A stretch of DNA of 64,000 nt from the human T2T-CHM13v2.0 reference genome, Homo sapiens, in the NCBI RefSeq assembly GCF_009914755.1, contig NC_060929.1. The stretch is one strand, 5' to 3'. The translations under genes and the position numbers were made by a program. Shown piece by piece: positions 12,821-26,028 of this stretch. Below the pieces are notes generated by a model. That model worked only from the letters and a program-made list of their open reading frames with translations. It was not told where the DNA came from and made no database searches. How positions within the stretch are numbered: position 1 is the first letter of the stretch; the number at the start of each line of letters is the position of its first letter.

Positions 12821-14699
12821 GAATAGCCCTTGCATAGCACCCTGCCCAGGGCACGTGGGTGTGATTCCATTTTATCCTTCACCAAGTGTTCCTGGAAGTT
12901 ATTACATGAAAAAAGGGGCTCCCTTTAATTTGATAGATGTTCTTAGTGTTCTTGAGGAACACCGTGGGGTACAAGTAAATATGTTCATCCAACGCTGCTA
13001 TGCTTTCATCTAGTTGGGAACGGTTCGAGGGGAGTTTTGGGGCCCAGCCTTCCACCTGGTAGCTGGAATCAGAGTGGACAGAGCTGTGGTGCTGCTCCTG
13101 GTGTCCTTGTCCTGAAGTTGGCACTGCATGGTTTAAAATCTTTTCTACTTAACTCTTTAAGTCCCCATCAAACCTATGAAAATCTTGCATCCTAATTCCT
13201 CTCCTTTGATATTGTGGAATAGGGTTTACATTTTTAGAATCCAAGAAGCATGCTCTCCTTGTTGTGGGTACACTCAGTGCTATCCTGGATACACAGCAGG
13301 TATATGAGACAGCTCTCCTTGGAGGGGTGTATATGTTGTCTGCTCACAGAGGACATCAAGTTCTGAAAGACGCATGAAAGGGAACTCGCAGAGGAGAGGC
13401 CTCTTTCCAGGGAGAGCAGGTTGCAGGGTGTGGGCAGGCGGAGCTGCTGGGCCAAAGGGCTGGAGACCCTTGGAGGTAACAGGGTTACTGGAGCATATCC
13501 TTGTGTGTTTTTGAGAGGTGATTAGCCTGCCCTCAAGGGTTACTTCACAGGTTCTTTATTCTACAGTGTGTAATGGAAGTGAACACAACCCCAATTCCTC
13601 TAACCTACCAAGACCTTCTAAAAAAGTAAATGAGAATCTCAGGACCGCTATTATGCTTTCTCACCTTTAGATTAGCAAAACGTATTTTAAACTCTCATTG
13701 CCTTCTCCTTGGAGAAGGAAGGGGAGATGGAATTAATGCATTTTCTGAAGGGCTAAATTCCCTCTGGGAAATGATTGAGGCTGCTGTGGCTCATGAAGGG
13801 TAGAGAGTGGAGCCAGTGGCCAATTGCCTCTGTGGTGTTTCTTCATCATGCAAATCAGTGCCCTCGGCTGGTGTTGAGCTGAGAGAGTTGGCTCTGTGCT
13901 CCGCACTGTGTTCACTGCCAGATGCAAATCAGTCCATCTAGTCCTTCCTTCTATCTGTCCTGTGATGCAAGAACTGCCTGGCCTGCAGTTTACAGCTGTG
14001 GCGGCTGAGGTCAAGGAGGTCGCCTAGCTTGTTCAGGTTGGAACCCCCATCACTTTAAAGAATCCTATGCCACCCTAAGCAAGCATCAGACATGCTAGGA
14101 GTGTGAACCACTACAGGGAAGTAAAGCCCCATCTTCTTCATTTTTTCTGAACTGTTATTGCTATTGCCAGCTTCTCAGAGGCTTTCACCAGGCCCCCAGC
14201 AGTGGTGCTGCCAGAGCTCTACACTGTTCTGGTCCACTTGTGTGGTGCATTTTATATTGGAATCGGAATACAAATTAGAGCTTGCATCTGGTCCCTAGTT
14301 TCTCCTCAAAACATGAGGATGTATTCTGGAGTGAACAGTAGCCACAGAAATGCAAAAACCAAACTTCTTTGGGTTCAACCTTCATCTGTATGGGTGAAAT
14401 TTTGGTAAATAACAGTTAGGGGCTGTAATATGGCTTACTGTCATTTGCTCAGGGGCTGAAACTACATTTGAGGAACAAGGCACTTTAGCCAACAGCTAAC
14501 TTGTGAATTAAAGTTGTAGGCTGAAAACGAGAAAAGCTTTTTCAGCAGTAGACACCCCAGAGGAGGGAAAGGAGCTTGTTAGCAAACAATTCACAAAAAG
14601 GCTTGGTCTTAGACTTGCTACAAAATATAGACCTGCTTTCATACCATAATTGTCAGCACTCTGGATTCTGAAATGTAGGCCTACTTTTAAAAAATTTGT

Positions 14700-15381
<682 letters not shown>

Positions 15382-15725
15382 AACCGTTTTTAAATGGTTT
15401 AGTGGCATTGAATACAGTCACAATGTTGTTCAACCATTATCATCATCAATTTCTGGAACTCTTCCATTATCCCCAACAGCAACTCTGTACTCACCAAACA
15501 GCAATTCCCACTCCCTTCCTCCTCCCGAACCCCTCCTAGCCCCTGGTAACCTAGTCTACTTTTCTATCTCTATACATTTAATGGGCTTACTTTTAAATTT
15601 TGGAGTTAGCAGCAGGTGTGTTGACCTTTTATATAGATGGGCCAAATATATAATTAATTTTGCTTTTGCTAATTTGCTTCCATTTATTACCCACCTGTTG
15701 TCAACTAAATATTGTTTTGCCTTAG

Positions 15726-15867
15726 GTGACTCGGTAATAATATTTCCACCCCCTCCACCACCTTACTTTCCTGAATCTTCAGCTTCTGCGGTCGCTGAGA
15801 GTCCTGGAACTAACAGTCTGCTTCCGAATGAAAACCCCCCTTCATATTACAGTATTTTCAACTATGG
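15726..15867 (+). CDS. TMEM171: TMEM171 exon 3 (142 nt), (G)DSVIIFPPPPPPY...NPPSYYSIFNY(G)
   Basis: Acceptor ttttgccttag| at 15725, donor GG|GTAAGA at 15867/15868; in frame with exon 2. Confidence 0.96.
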
Positions 15868-16148
15868 GTAAGAATTTCAATTTGAACTTCAAGAGAGGCC
15901 TGAATTCAGGCCACACTAGTATTAAGGCTGTGTGGTTCACCAGGAGGCATTCAAGTGTGAGTATCTTTTTTGCTGATGTTATGTCAGAATTAGTGTCTTG
16001 ATATTAACAGTACCTTTGCCGAAACTTTGGGCAGCACATAAGTTAAAAATGATAAAGTGATCATGCTGGGTTAATATGAAGCCTACTCCAGGCATCTATC
16101 TTTATGTGCTCCTAACAGGGGTGATACTCAGAATGTTTAACAACCCTT

Positions 16149-16982
16149 GCCGGGTGCTGTGGCTCACACCTGTAATCCCAGCATTTTGAGAGGCCAAGGT
16201 GAGTGGATCACTTGAGCTTAGGAGTTTGAGACCAGCCTGGCCAACGTGGCAAAACCCTGTCTCTACGAAAAATAGAAGAATTAGCTGGGGATGGTGGTAG
16301 GCACCTGTAATCCTAGCTACTCGGGAGGCTGAGGCATGAGGATCGATTGAACGCAAGAGACAGAGGTTGCAGTGAGCCTGTTACCGGCGGAGGGTGTCCA
16401 CGTACTTTGTGTTTTGAACAAAGAACTGGACAAAATGCACAAACGAAGCAAGGAAAGAATGAAGCAACAAAAGCAAAATTTTATTGAAAATGGAAGTACA
16501 CTCCACAGGGTGGGAGCAAGCCTGAACAGCTGCTCAAGGGCCCAGTTCCAGAATCTTCTTGGGTCCAAATCACCCCTAGAGGTTTCCCATTGGCCACTTT
16601 GTGTTCACCTCATGTAAATGAAGTGGTGGCCCACAATCCGTCTGATTGGTTGCAGAAAGCAGCCAATCAGAGGCTGAAGTGAAGTTACAAAGTTGTTGTC
16701 CTATGCAAATGTCTGATTGGTTGCAAAAAGCAACCAATTAGAGGCACTTTCAATTTCCCATCTGCCGAAAGGTGGGTGTTTGCAAAGGGAGTAGTCTTTG
16801 GTCCTTTTGTTACTCAGGGGTGGAAAGTTAGGGTTTTCCTTTCAATTTAGTTCTAGGAAGTCAGCGTGAAACGGCCGTAGATTCCCTGCCTCCACACCCT
16901 ATTCTTCTGCTCCAAGCCGAGATCGCGCCACTGCACTCCAGCCTGGGCAACAGAGAGAGACTCTATCTCAGGGGGAAAAAAA
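16149..16982 (+). mobile_element. Alu split in its right arm by an LTR insertion
   Basis: Alu consensus stops at ...gcagtgagcc (16378) and resumes agccgagatcgcgccactgcac (16915); 17-bp TSD agaatgtttaa(ca/tg)accc at 16130-16146 and 16983-16999. Confidence 0.9.
16379..16914 (-). mobile_element. ERV1 solo LTR (MER51A-like)
   Basis: TG...CA termini, 4-bp TSD AGCC (16375-16378 / 16915-16918), multiple CCAAT boxes; resembles the MER51A consensus as recalled. Confidence 0.85.
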
Positions 16983-18269
16983 AGAATGTTTAATGACCCA
17001 CCAATCAGACTGAGCACCAGGACTGGGCCAGGAGGCCCCTGCTATGCTAGGCTTCACTGCTTTAGATCATGGAGAGGTGTGAGGGTCTCAGGGGATCCCC
17101 AACAGTTACAGAAGGGCTTTAGTACTCTGATGGCCGTGCTTGGGTGACTGGCTAAAGTCAGCCTGAGCCCCGATCCAACACAACTGGGCCTCTCCTTCAA
17201 TATTCGCTCCTTCCCTGGGCCGCAGAGAATATCAGGTCAATACCCACCCCACACAGAATGCAGCGAGGCAGGCTCTAGTGGGACGGGCCTGAGGTGCCAG
17301 GAGCCTGGGGGAGGGGGTCTGGATGGAGAATGACATTGAGGAAGAGGCGAAGATGATGAGTTCCAGGGTGAGTGACAGGGAAGCTCAGAGGTCCCCAACT
17401 GAGAAGACGTGAGTGATGAGCTTGGTTTCGGTGGGGAAAGGATGGTGGGCGGCTGATGGTGGCGGTACAGTGAGATGAGGGCCTTGGAGGCAGACTGGGA
17501 AGGGCTGGGTTTTGGGAGAGAGAGGAGGTGATGGAGATGGAGCTGCAGAGGTTGTTGGAGAACCAGAAGGGCAAAGAGTCAGGGACTAGTGGGAGACCCC
17601 CAGGAGGGGCTTGTGCATACCCCAGAAATGGTGTGCTCAGGGAGCAGGGCTGGAGAAGGCTCTGGTGGTACCTTCTAGAATGGGAAACCAGGGTTTAGGA
17701 AGGGAAGGAAGAATTGCTTCACATTGTCACAGGGTGAAGCAGGTAAGACAATGAGATATGTGCATTTTTGCATGCAGTGAGCAGCAGGCACAGAGAGACT
17801 GGTGCTCATTGCTGGGGATAGCACCACCTTACCTTGTTATTCGTGTTTAAGGAACTCCCTCTCCACCCTGCCTTGACAGAGCAGGCAGTGGGCCTTGGAG
17901 CAGGGGCCAGGGTGCCTTTTCTCTGGGGCCTGGAGGGAATGAAGTTGTGTAGAGATTCTTTTCCCACAAAAGCAGGGGGACAGGTTATCTGATGGGAGAG
18001 GGAAAGAGGTGGCTGACAAGGACAGAATTGGCTTTACAGCTTCATATGGGGTCGTGATGGGGGGATCCAGGGAGGTGCATGTGGGAACGGCCCTGCATGG
18101 AGAAAGGGCAGGCTAGGGCTGGACCTCTGTAGAATTCTCATCGTGAATGTTTGTATTTTTTTTCTTCTAATGATAAACTTCCCCAAACCCTAAAATCAGT
18201 GTCTAGTAACTTAAACTACTGCTGCTGCTACTATGATTTCTGTGTCCTAGGGTCTGGCTTTTCTTGCAT

Positions 18270-18430
18270 TAGTTTATGTAACTCCCATATCCAGTCTAGG
18301 AGAAAGGAATGTTATCATCTTCATTTCAAGATAAGGAAACTGAGCTTTAGCAATGTTAACTAACTTGCCCAAGATCACACAGCTGGGAAGCAGCAGAGTA
18401 GATTCCAGTGCAGGTTGGCCTTTGTTAGAG
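18270..18430 (-). mobile_element. MIR SINE
   Basis: catttcaagataaggaaactgag...taacttgcccaagatcacacagct. Confidence 0.7.
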
Positions 18431-18561
18431 CCCACTCCATTAGCCAATATGCCTTCCTGCCGTCCTTCAGGTTTGTGGCTTAATGTTTTAATTTTCCATA
18501 TGCAAAAGTTTGTCTACCTTATGTTAGCTGTCCCAGAAGACAGAATAGCAGAGAACAGTAA

Positions 18562-18585
18562 GTGTGTGTGTGTGTGTGTGTGTGT
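18562..18585. repeat. (GT)n microsatellite
   Basis: Directly visible GT dinucleotide run. Confidence 0.95.
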
Positions 18586-18874
18586 CTATGTTCTCTTTGG
18601 ATGGTGTCTGTAAATTTGTTTTCAATGTCTTTTCAATGACAAAGGGAATGACAGCAGGAGTGAGACTGTCTTAATGTTACACTCAGCTCTAGGAAAAGGA
18701 AGAGGTAAGAAATCAAAACAAATCTATGAAAAGTAGAGTGAGGGAGAAATTACTCCTCAGATTCTTGCAAATACTCTTAAGTGCATGTAATCAAACATTT
18801 GAAAAGAACCTAGTACTAAAGGGGTGTCACTGTTTTCATCCCCTCCCCTTCATGTTCTCTCTCCTTCTCTTTAG

Positions 18875-19067
18875 CAGGACCCCAACTTCAGAGGGTGCAG
18901 CCTCTGAAAGAGACTGTGAATCTATATATACCATTTCTGGGACGAATTCATCTTCTGAGGCCTCACACACTCCACATCTTCCATCTGAATTGCCTCCTAG
19001 ATATGAAGAAAAAGAAAATGCTGCAGCTACATTCTTGCCTCTATCTTCTGAGCCTTCCCCACCGTAA
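18875..19067 (+). CDS. TMEM171: TMEM171 exon 4 coding part to stop TAA; spliced CDS 975 nt = 324 aa
   Basis: Long polypyrimidine tract then TAG CAG (NAGNAG); encodes RTPTSEGAAS...LPPRYEEKE...SEPSPP*; 640+142+193=975 nt. Confidence 0.96.
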
Positions 19068-19127
19068 ACTATGGACTCTAGTTCAGTTTTATATGCAATG
19101 GATCACTATTTTATTTAATTTTTTTTA

Positions 19128-19133
19128 AATAAA
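19128..19133 (+). terminator. TMEM171: TMEM171 polyadenylation signal AATAAA
   Basis: AATAAA ~60 nt after the stop, preceded by a U-rich stretch. Confidence 0.8.
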
Positions 19134-20889
19134 AAATACAATAGCATTGGCTATATTCTGACTTTCCTGCTACAGCATCAACAAGGGTAACCAACCTTCC
19201 AGGTTAGATTCCAGCCATTAGTGCTTCAGACCATGGAGAGGGGCAAAGTGCCCATGGTCCAGGCACTGAACGTGTCCTCTTTGGATAGCATCTATCCATT
19301 TGTACTCAATGTCTTTTCAATGACAAGGGAATGACAACAGGAGTGAGACTGTCTTAATTTATTCATTTGTACATTATACACTTGGACCTACAACCCTGGG
19401 TGGTAGGTGAGATTATTTTTATTGGTGGATAAAGAACCAAAGGTTCAGAGAGTCTAATTAACTTCTTCAAGGTCACATAGCTTCTACATGATGGGCTTGG
19501 TTTTGAACCCAGCTAGCTGGTTTCTGAAAGACAGGCTCACCACCTTGTGCTGTCAGAGGCCTACCAGCAGCAATGGTTAATGTTTAGCTTGGTCCATTCT
19601 CTCTCCAGGGTTAGCTGCTTCTGAAACAGAGAAACAAGATTACTCCCTTCATTTCTTTATTATTTCTTCTCTTCTTCCCTTCTCTCTTTCTCTCCCCTCC
19701 TCTTTTCTCCTCTTCTTACTCCCCTTTTCTTTTCTTTGCTTTTGAAAGAAGACGATTAGGGAGGCTTTATGCTGGGGCAGTCACAAGCATGTTCATACCC
19801 TGGAGTCTCTTTATAGTGAAATTTCTTGACAGGAAATTTCTAGGAACACTTTGGCAACTAGGTTCTCCTCAAGAGGCTCAGGAAGGATTTGCCTTTCTGT
19901 ATGATGACATATTAGAACAAAACTGACTGAACCATTGCTTTTTTATTCTTATAAGGATACTGCTAGCCAAAGCCTGTTGTATAGTTGGGTGTGTTAATAT
20001 GTATTTATTTAATGCTAGATCTAAACCTTAAGAAATAATGACTAATGGTATTTCCAACTGGAAGAAACTGATTTTTAGAATACGAAATCTGTAGTAACAG
20101 CTTTTTTGGTAACAACATTTAGTGTAGCAAAAATGTGAATTTTTTAATGCCTTTTACACAAGCCATAATCTCCCCCAAATTGGTTCATTCCAGCATTTAA
20201 GTGCCTGAAAGCAGAGCAAAGGGGCGTGCAGGCTCCAACAGTTTGACTGAAGTAATGACTGATTTCATGTTAATTGCCACTGAGATAAGTCAGGGTGGCA
20301 GTTGGTACCAGCAGTACTAATCTATTTTTAAATTGGACATTTATTGGCTTGAACTGCTCTTAAAATTCTGCTATTTTTCCTCCTGGGAGGTTAATTATTC
20401 ACATTTAAAAATTAGAACAAAACTTCCTTCTGCCGCTGTTTAAAATGCCTGAGCTGAAACTTCTAGGTAGAATTACTTTTAAGCATTTATGAGTCCTCAT
20501 ATTAATCAAGAACCTTTTTAATGGCTCAGTGTTGGGGTTTGTAACTGGGTATTTTACATTTATATGCTATGCTAGTAAACTTCAGCAAGGGGGTTGCCAG
20601 GCTCAGGAATAAGTTTGATCTTCTGGTTATGGAATCTACTCCGGTTCCATCAGTCCTTCACAGTATTCAGCAAACCTGAGACTGAAGCTGAAGTCTTCAA
20701 ACCTCCCAGCTTTGAAAATGCTGAAAGTGTGAGAATGTTTATTGTGGGGCTGAAATCACATGCAGCAGAGCTGGGCCAAATCATTTACCCCCAGCAAGAC
20801 GCGTTCTTTTCCTAGCACGGTGCTGGCAGAGGATGACAGCTTCTGAAAGCCCCCTCGGTGGACTGTGCCTTGTTTTTCTTAGGTTTGTT

Positions 20890-22020
20890 AGCTTTTTTAT
20901 TGAGGTAAAATTTGCATAATACAATGAACAATTTATGTTTGTATGTATGTATGTATTTCGAGACTGGGTCTCACTTTGTTGCCCAGGCTGGAATACAGTG
21001 ATGCGATCACAGCTCACTGCAGCCTCTAACTCTGGGCTCAAGCCATCTTCCTACTTCAGCCTCCTGAGTAGCTGGGAGTACAGGCGAGTGCCACCACACC
21101 CAGCTAATTTTTTAAATTTTTCATAGAGATGGGATTTTACTATACTACCCAGGCTGGTCTCCAACTCCCAGGGTTCAAGCAGTCCTCCTGCCTTGGCCTC
21201 CCAAACTGTTGGGATTGCAGGTTATGGAAGTCTATTTCATTTCTATCAGTCCTTTGCCATATTCAGTGGGTGAGTCATTGTGCCCAGCCTACAATTAACC
21301 ATTTTAAAGTGAACAATTCAGTGGCCTTTAATACGTTCACAGTGTTATACAAACCACCACCTCTATCTAATTCCAAATCATTTTCATCACCCTAAAATAA
21401 AACCCCACACACATTAAGCAGCCCCTCCTTCTCCTCCTCTATGCCTCAGCTCCTGGAAAACACCAGTCTGCTTTCTGTCTGTATGTGTTTACCTATTCTG
21501 GGTATTTCATATAAGTGGAATCATAAATATGTGACCTTTTGTGTCTGATGTCTTTCATTTAGCATGTTTTCATTTAGCATGTTGTAACATATATCAGTAC
21601 TTCATTTTTTATGGCCAAGTACTACTCCATTGTGTGAATATACCACACTTTGTTTATCCATTCATCCATGGGTGGACATCTAGGTTGTGTCTACCTTTTG
21701 ACCATTGTGAATGATGCTGCTATGAACGTACATGTGCAAGTATTTGTTGGAGTACCTGTTTTCAATTCTTTAGGGTATACACCTAGCAGCAGAATTGCCG
21801 GATCACATGTTAACTTTAAGTTTTGGAAGAACCACCAGCCTGTTTTCCACCATTTTACGTTTCTACCAGCAATGTGTTGAGGGGTCTAATTTTTCCATTT
21901 CCTCACCAACACTTGTTTTCTATTTTTAAAAAAGTATAGCTATCCTACTTGATATGAAGCAGTTTTTCATTGAATTGTATTTCTCCAATGGCCAATGATA
22001 TTGAGTATCTCTTCATGTGT
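20890..22020 (-). mobile_element. L1M (L1MB-like) 3' fragment interrupted by an antisense AluJ (20935-21290)
   Basis: tttttattgaggtaaaattt...; ccattttaaagtgaacaattcagtgg; ttatccattcatccatgggtggacatctaggttg (L1 3' UTR/ORF2 end, antisense). Confidence 0.8.
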
Positions 22021-24286
22021 GTTACTTGGTTTAGAATACCAGACATTATCATCAGCACACAGAATCTTACAAATCTTGCTCCAAATTTTCCTCCTATGGC
22101 TTTGGGAGGTCTGATAGCCCCACTTTAGATACAATAGTGATGAGGTCTACAAATTCAGGTGGGACGACCCACCCTTGCCACCAGAGGATGAAAGCTGAGG
22201 GGCAGGCAATATTCACCCAGTTTCTACCTGAGAGTTTCACGTGGGGATAGGAAGAGTTATGGTGCCTGCCCCCTGCCCCAGTCATGTGGATGTGGCCATT
22301 GGTTTTCTGATATGGGTGCTGTGTTGAGCACTGAGGCAATGTGGGCAGTGGGTCTTTCCCGAAGGGGCCATCATTCCAGGGTAGGTCTTAGGAAAGGAGT
22401 GGGTCCAGAGACAGGAACTGGGAATTAGACCTCAGAACTGGCCTTAGGTCATGGAAGAGATACCTGGCAGTTCGGCCGATCAGCCAGGATCTTTCCTGAG
22501 AGCATATGCAGAGCTCAGGTGGGGCCCCTGTCAAGTGGTGGAAATTCCTGCAGTGTTTCCTAAATTCCAGGAAGATGAGAACCACCTAGAGTAATTGTTG
22601 AAAATGTCAAATTCCCCTGCCCAATAAATCTACCACCTCCTCCACCCCAGGAGATAATGTTTACCATCTGGGAATCTGGGAAATGCTGCCTATGGTGACA
22701 AGATAAACTGCAGAGGTCATACCCTGTGGGCTAGATAATCTGGGATTATGACCTCTCTTGTCGCTTCTTGGCCTTCTGGGGAGTCCTGTGTACATGTCCC
22801 AGCCTGTGCTAGGGGTTCTCATGGGGAGGGGTGTGGGTTCACACTCAGCCCCCAGCCGCCAGTGCTCATGGGGGCTTCCTACAGTCTCTCTGTCCCAGTG
22901 TCCCAGGAAGCTCTGTTGGTGAGACACCCACAAGGGCGTGGGAAACAAAGCCAGGGGCTCATCACCCTCCTGTTCCTCTCACAAGTGTGCAGTACCCCTC
23001 TATCTCCAGACGGGGGATCTTGGACTCATTTATTAAGGAAGGTGTGGTTTTTATCTTTGCTTCTTCATCTTGGAAGAGGCCAAGACTGTGCTCCGTGGGA
23101 GCACCAGATGATGTTTATCACAACAGGCAGAGATGGAGGAAAATGATATTTGGGTCAAAATGGAAAATACTGGAGACTTCAAGTGAGGAGTAGTGTGAAA
23201 ACTGTCCTGGCCCTCAGTGCCCCCAACCCCTGGTGAATCAGGGTGGGTGACTTTCCCGGGTTAGGACGGTGGGCTGGCTTCTGCTGGCTGCTCCCTGGGT
23301 GCAGAAAACCCTGCTCCATGGGCCCCTGATGTAGGAGCTTCTCCCAGAGAGAGGGTAGTCAGGAAGCACACTGTGGGGGTGGTGGGCCTGAGGGGAGAAA
23401 CGTCCTGGACTGTTGAAGGGGAACCATGCATGGTCTTCTGGCTTTGGCTTCGGCTGCAGGCCATAAGCCCTCCCGGGATCTTGCATACTTGGGATTCCTG
23501 GAGTCTCATGCATGCTGCCGCCAGCACGAGCACCCCAAGAGGAACCAAGTGGACAACTGGGATGCAGCTTTTCCTCCCTAAGGAATGCTTGGTGGGGGGA
23601 GACCCCTGCTCGGTATGGCATGTGACTGCTTGAAAATGCTGTCTGCCCCTGCCCGGCGACCTCCCCGGGGAGATATTGGCTGAGGTGAGGCCAGAAGTGT
23701 AGTGTGACATATCCCCTCCCTCCCCAAGGGGACAGGCCGGGCAGGCAGCAGGCTCATGAGGGCAGTGGGCAGCCACTTAAACACCGTGTGTTCTCTCCCA
23801 AAGCTGCTCAGAGCCGCAAGGGGCTGGAAGTTGGGCAGGGTGGGTGAGTGAGTAGGTCGCGGGGGAGGAAACTCCGCAGCTGTCCTGAGCCAAGCCACTC
23901 CCAGGACATTTCCTTAAAGGCTTTTGAATAGCAAGTGAATCCTGCCTGCTGGTACCAGGTAGGCCAAATAACTAATTTATAAGGGGTTTTCACGAAGCAG
24001 GAGGACTGTCTCTTTTCCTGGGAAGATAGGACTGAGTGGTCAGAACCCAGCTGGATGGAGAGGCTTGGAGAGCCTCTGCAGGGGCTGAGGCTCTTCCTCA
24101 AACTCAAAGTCTTCCTAGGGGACCAGATCCCACCCAGGAAGCAGCCATTTCTCTGTCTGCCTAGTGTCCTAGACCCCCCCTCCAGATGCGGCTGGTGGTG
24201 CACCTGCCTTTCCTCAGACCCATAGGTGTTACACTGCCTCCAAGATTCCTTTATGTAGGCTCTGAAACTCTGTTCCTTTCTCCTGG

Positions 24287-24926
24287 CGAAGCAGCGTAAT
24301 TGTTTTGGGTAAAAACCTGGGGTTCCTCATCTTGCGCCAAGAAGATTAAACAGACGGACACATGAATGGGCTAAGGAGCAGAAAGTTTAATAGGCAGAAG
24401 GAAGGAGAAAGGAGAGTAGCTCTCTTTCGAGAGAGAGGTGTCCGAAAGGGAAAAGCCAGCCTTCGGTGGACTGCGCCAGACTTTGTAGGCAGGCTTGAGG
24501 AGGCGGCATCTGATTTACATAGGGCCCACAGATTGGTTCGATCAGGTGTGATGTTTACATGGTGTGTGGGGGAAGGCTGGTTTTCCCCCCAATCTTATTA
24601 TGCAAATGGACTTTCTACTCTGCTAGCACCATCTTTTCAGCTCCTTACTGTATACATGGCTGGCAAAGAGAAGAAAACGGCAAATAGAGCCGCCATTTTG
24701 AACATGCCTGTTCCCAGGTAGCATTTTCCTATTGGCACAACTGTCAGCATTTGCCTGTCCAAGCTTCCAGCTTCCTTGTCTATATCTGCAGCTGGATTTT
24801 ACAGGCTGGTCTTTGTTAGAAAACAAAATGATTTTGGGGGCTGCTTTTCATCAAAAGGAAAACCTTACCAAGGGCTTCCTTACCTTCACTATCTGCCTAA
24901 ATAATTCCTTTTTAACTCCTATATCA
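24287..24926 (-). mobile_element. ERV1 solo LTR (MER50-like)
   Basis: Ends ctatctgcctaaataattcctttttaactcctatatca; 4-bp TSD CTGG on both sides. Confidence 0.8.
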
Positions 24927-26028
24927 CTGGTCCTCCAGGCAGTAGAGTTGCTGGGAGCCTACCCTGCTGCTGTCTCAGCCTTTTCTGTCAAGCTGGAGTT
25001 TACCCCTAGGAGCCTGCAGGTGAGGACGGAAGCACAGGTCTTACAGGGGCCAGGCCTCTCTAAGCAACTTCCCTGCAGTATCTCATGGACTCATCCCTGC
25101 TGATCTGGGAAAGGTAACATGTTATTACAAGTCCTGCAGGTAGACTCTGGCAGAGCCAGAACCTGTGCCGAGGTCTGCCTGATGCCAAGGCCTGTGTCCG
25201 TCACAGCTGTGCACCGGGAAAGGATCTTAGCACCATTATATGTGGCTGTGGGCAGGCAACTGCCCCTCTCCCATCCTCGCCCATTTCTAGGGTGCCTTTC
25301 AGCTCTAGAAAGACACTAAAATTCCAGTCCAGCTCCTATAAGGGTCTCCTCCACTCCTTTCCCTAGGCTCCTGGCTTTGGAAACCTTTCCCTCTGGAACC
25401 TTGCCAGGTGGAAGTGGGATGAGATTAGAGAGGGCAAAGTGTCTGTCAAAGTTTCAAAAGGAAACTTCAAGTTCAGTGTAAGGCCATAGCATGCACCAGA
25501 GCGGCGTGCTCTTTGCTATTGGGCAGGCAATTTTGGTTCCCCAACCTGGGAAGAAAAATCACTTCAACACTTGCTACTTCAGTTGGAAATTCCCTTAGCA
25601 CTGGTAATTGGCGGGAGCAGCACGGAAGAGCCGGGCAGAGGGTGGTCACAGCATGTAGCCTCTTCTGCAGGGAGTTGGGATGGACAGAATGGCCTGTGGT
25701 TAGGGGTGTGTGTGTGTGTGTGTAAGAAGAACCACAGAATGGTGCTGCCCAATGCCCCTGGAATTAGTCTTAGCTGGGCAATCTACAGAGACATAGTGAG
25801 GAGCCTAGGTGGGGCTGGGTCTTGAGCCCAGGTACAGCAGGGGAGGGGCTGGAGCCCTAGGCAGGCTGGTGGGGTGCAGCTCTGGCCAGGAACACCTCCC
25901 CAGCAAACGCTGGAGATTATAGAGACTGGCTGCCAGCCAGATCATGAAGTAGATAAGTGCTATCAAACAGCATGGCATGCTACTGAGAAATTTATTATTA
26001 TTATTTGTAATATTAAAAGATTAAAAGA

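Noticed and set aside
22094-22585. Minus-strand ORFs with faint retroviral-looking words
   Set aside because: No convincing motif match; cannot assign from sequence alone
23813-23826. CTCF-like GCCGCAAGGGGCTG (also GCACCAGAGGGGCAG at ~5789)
   Set aside because: G-tract spacing is off by one base from the core motif; not supportable without a PWM or ChIP data
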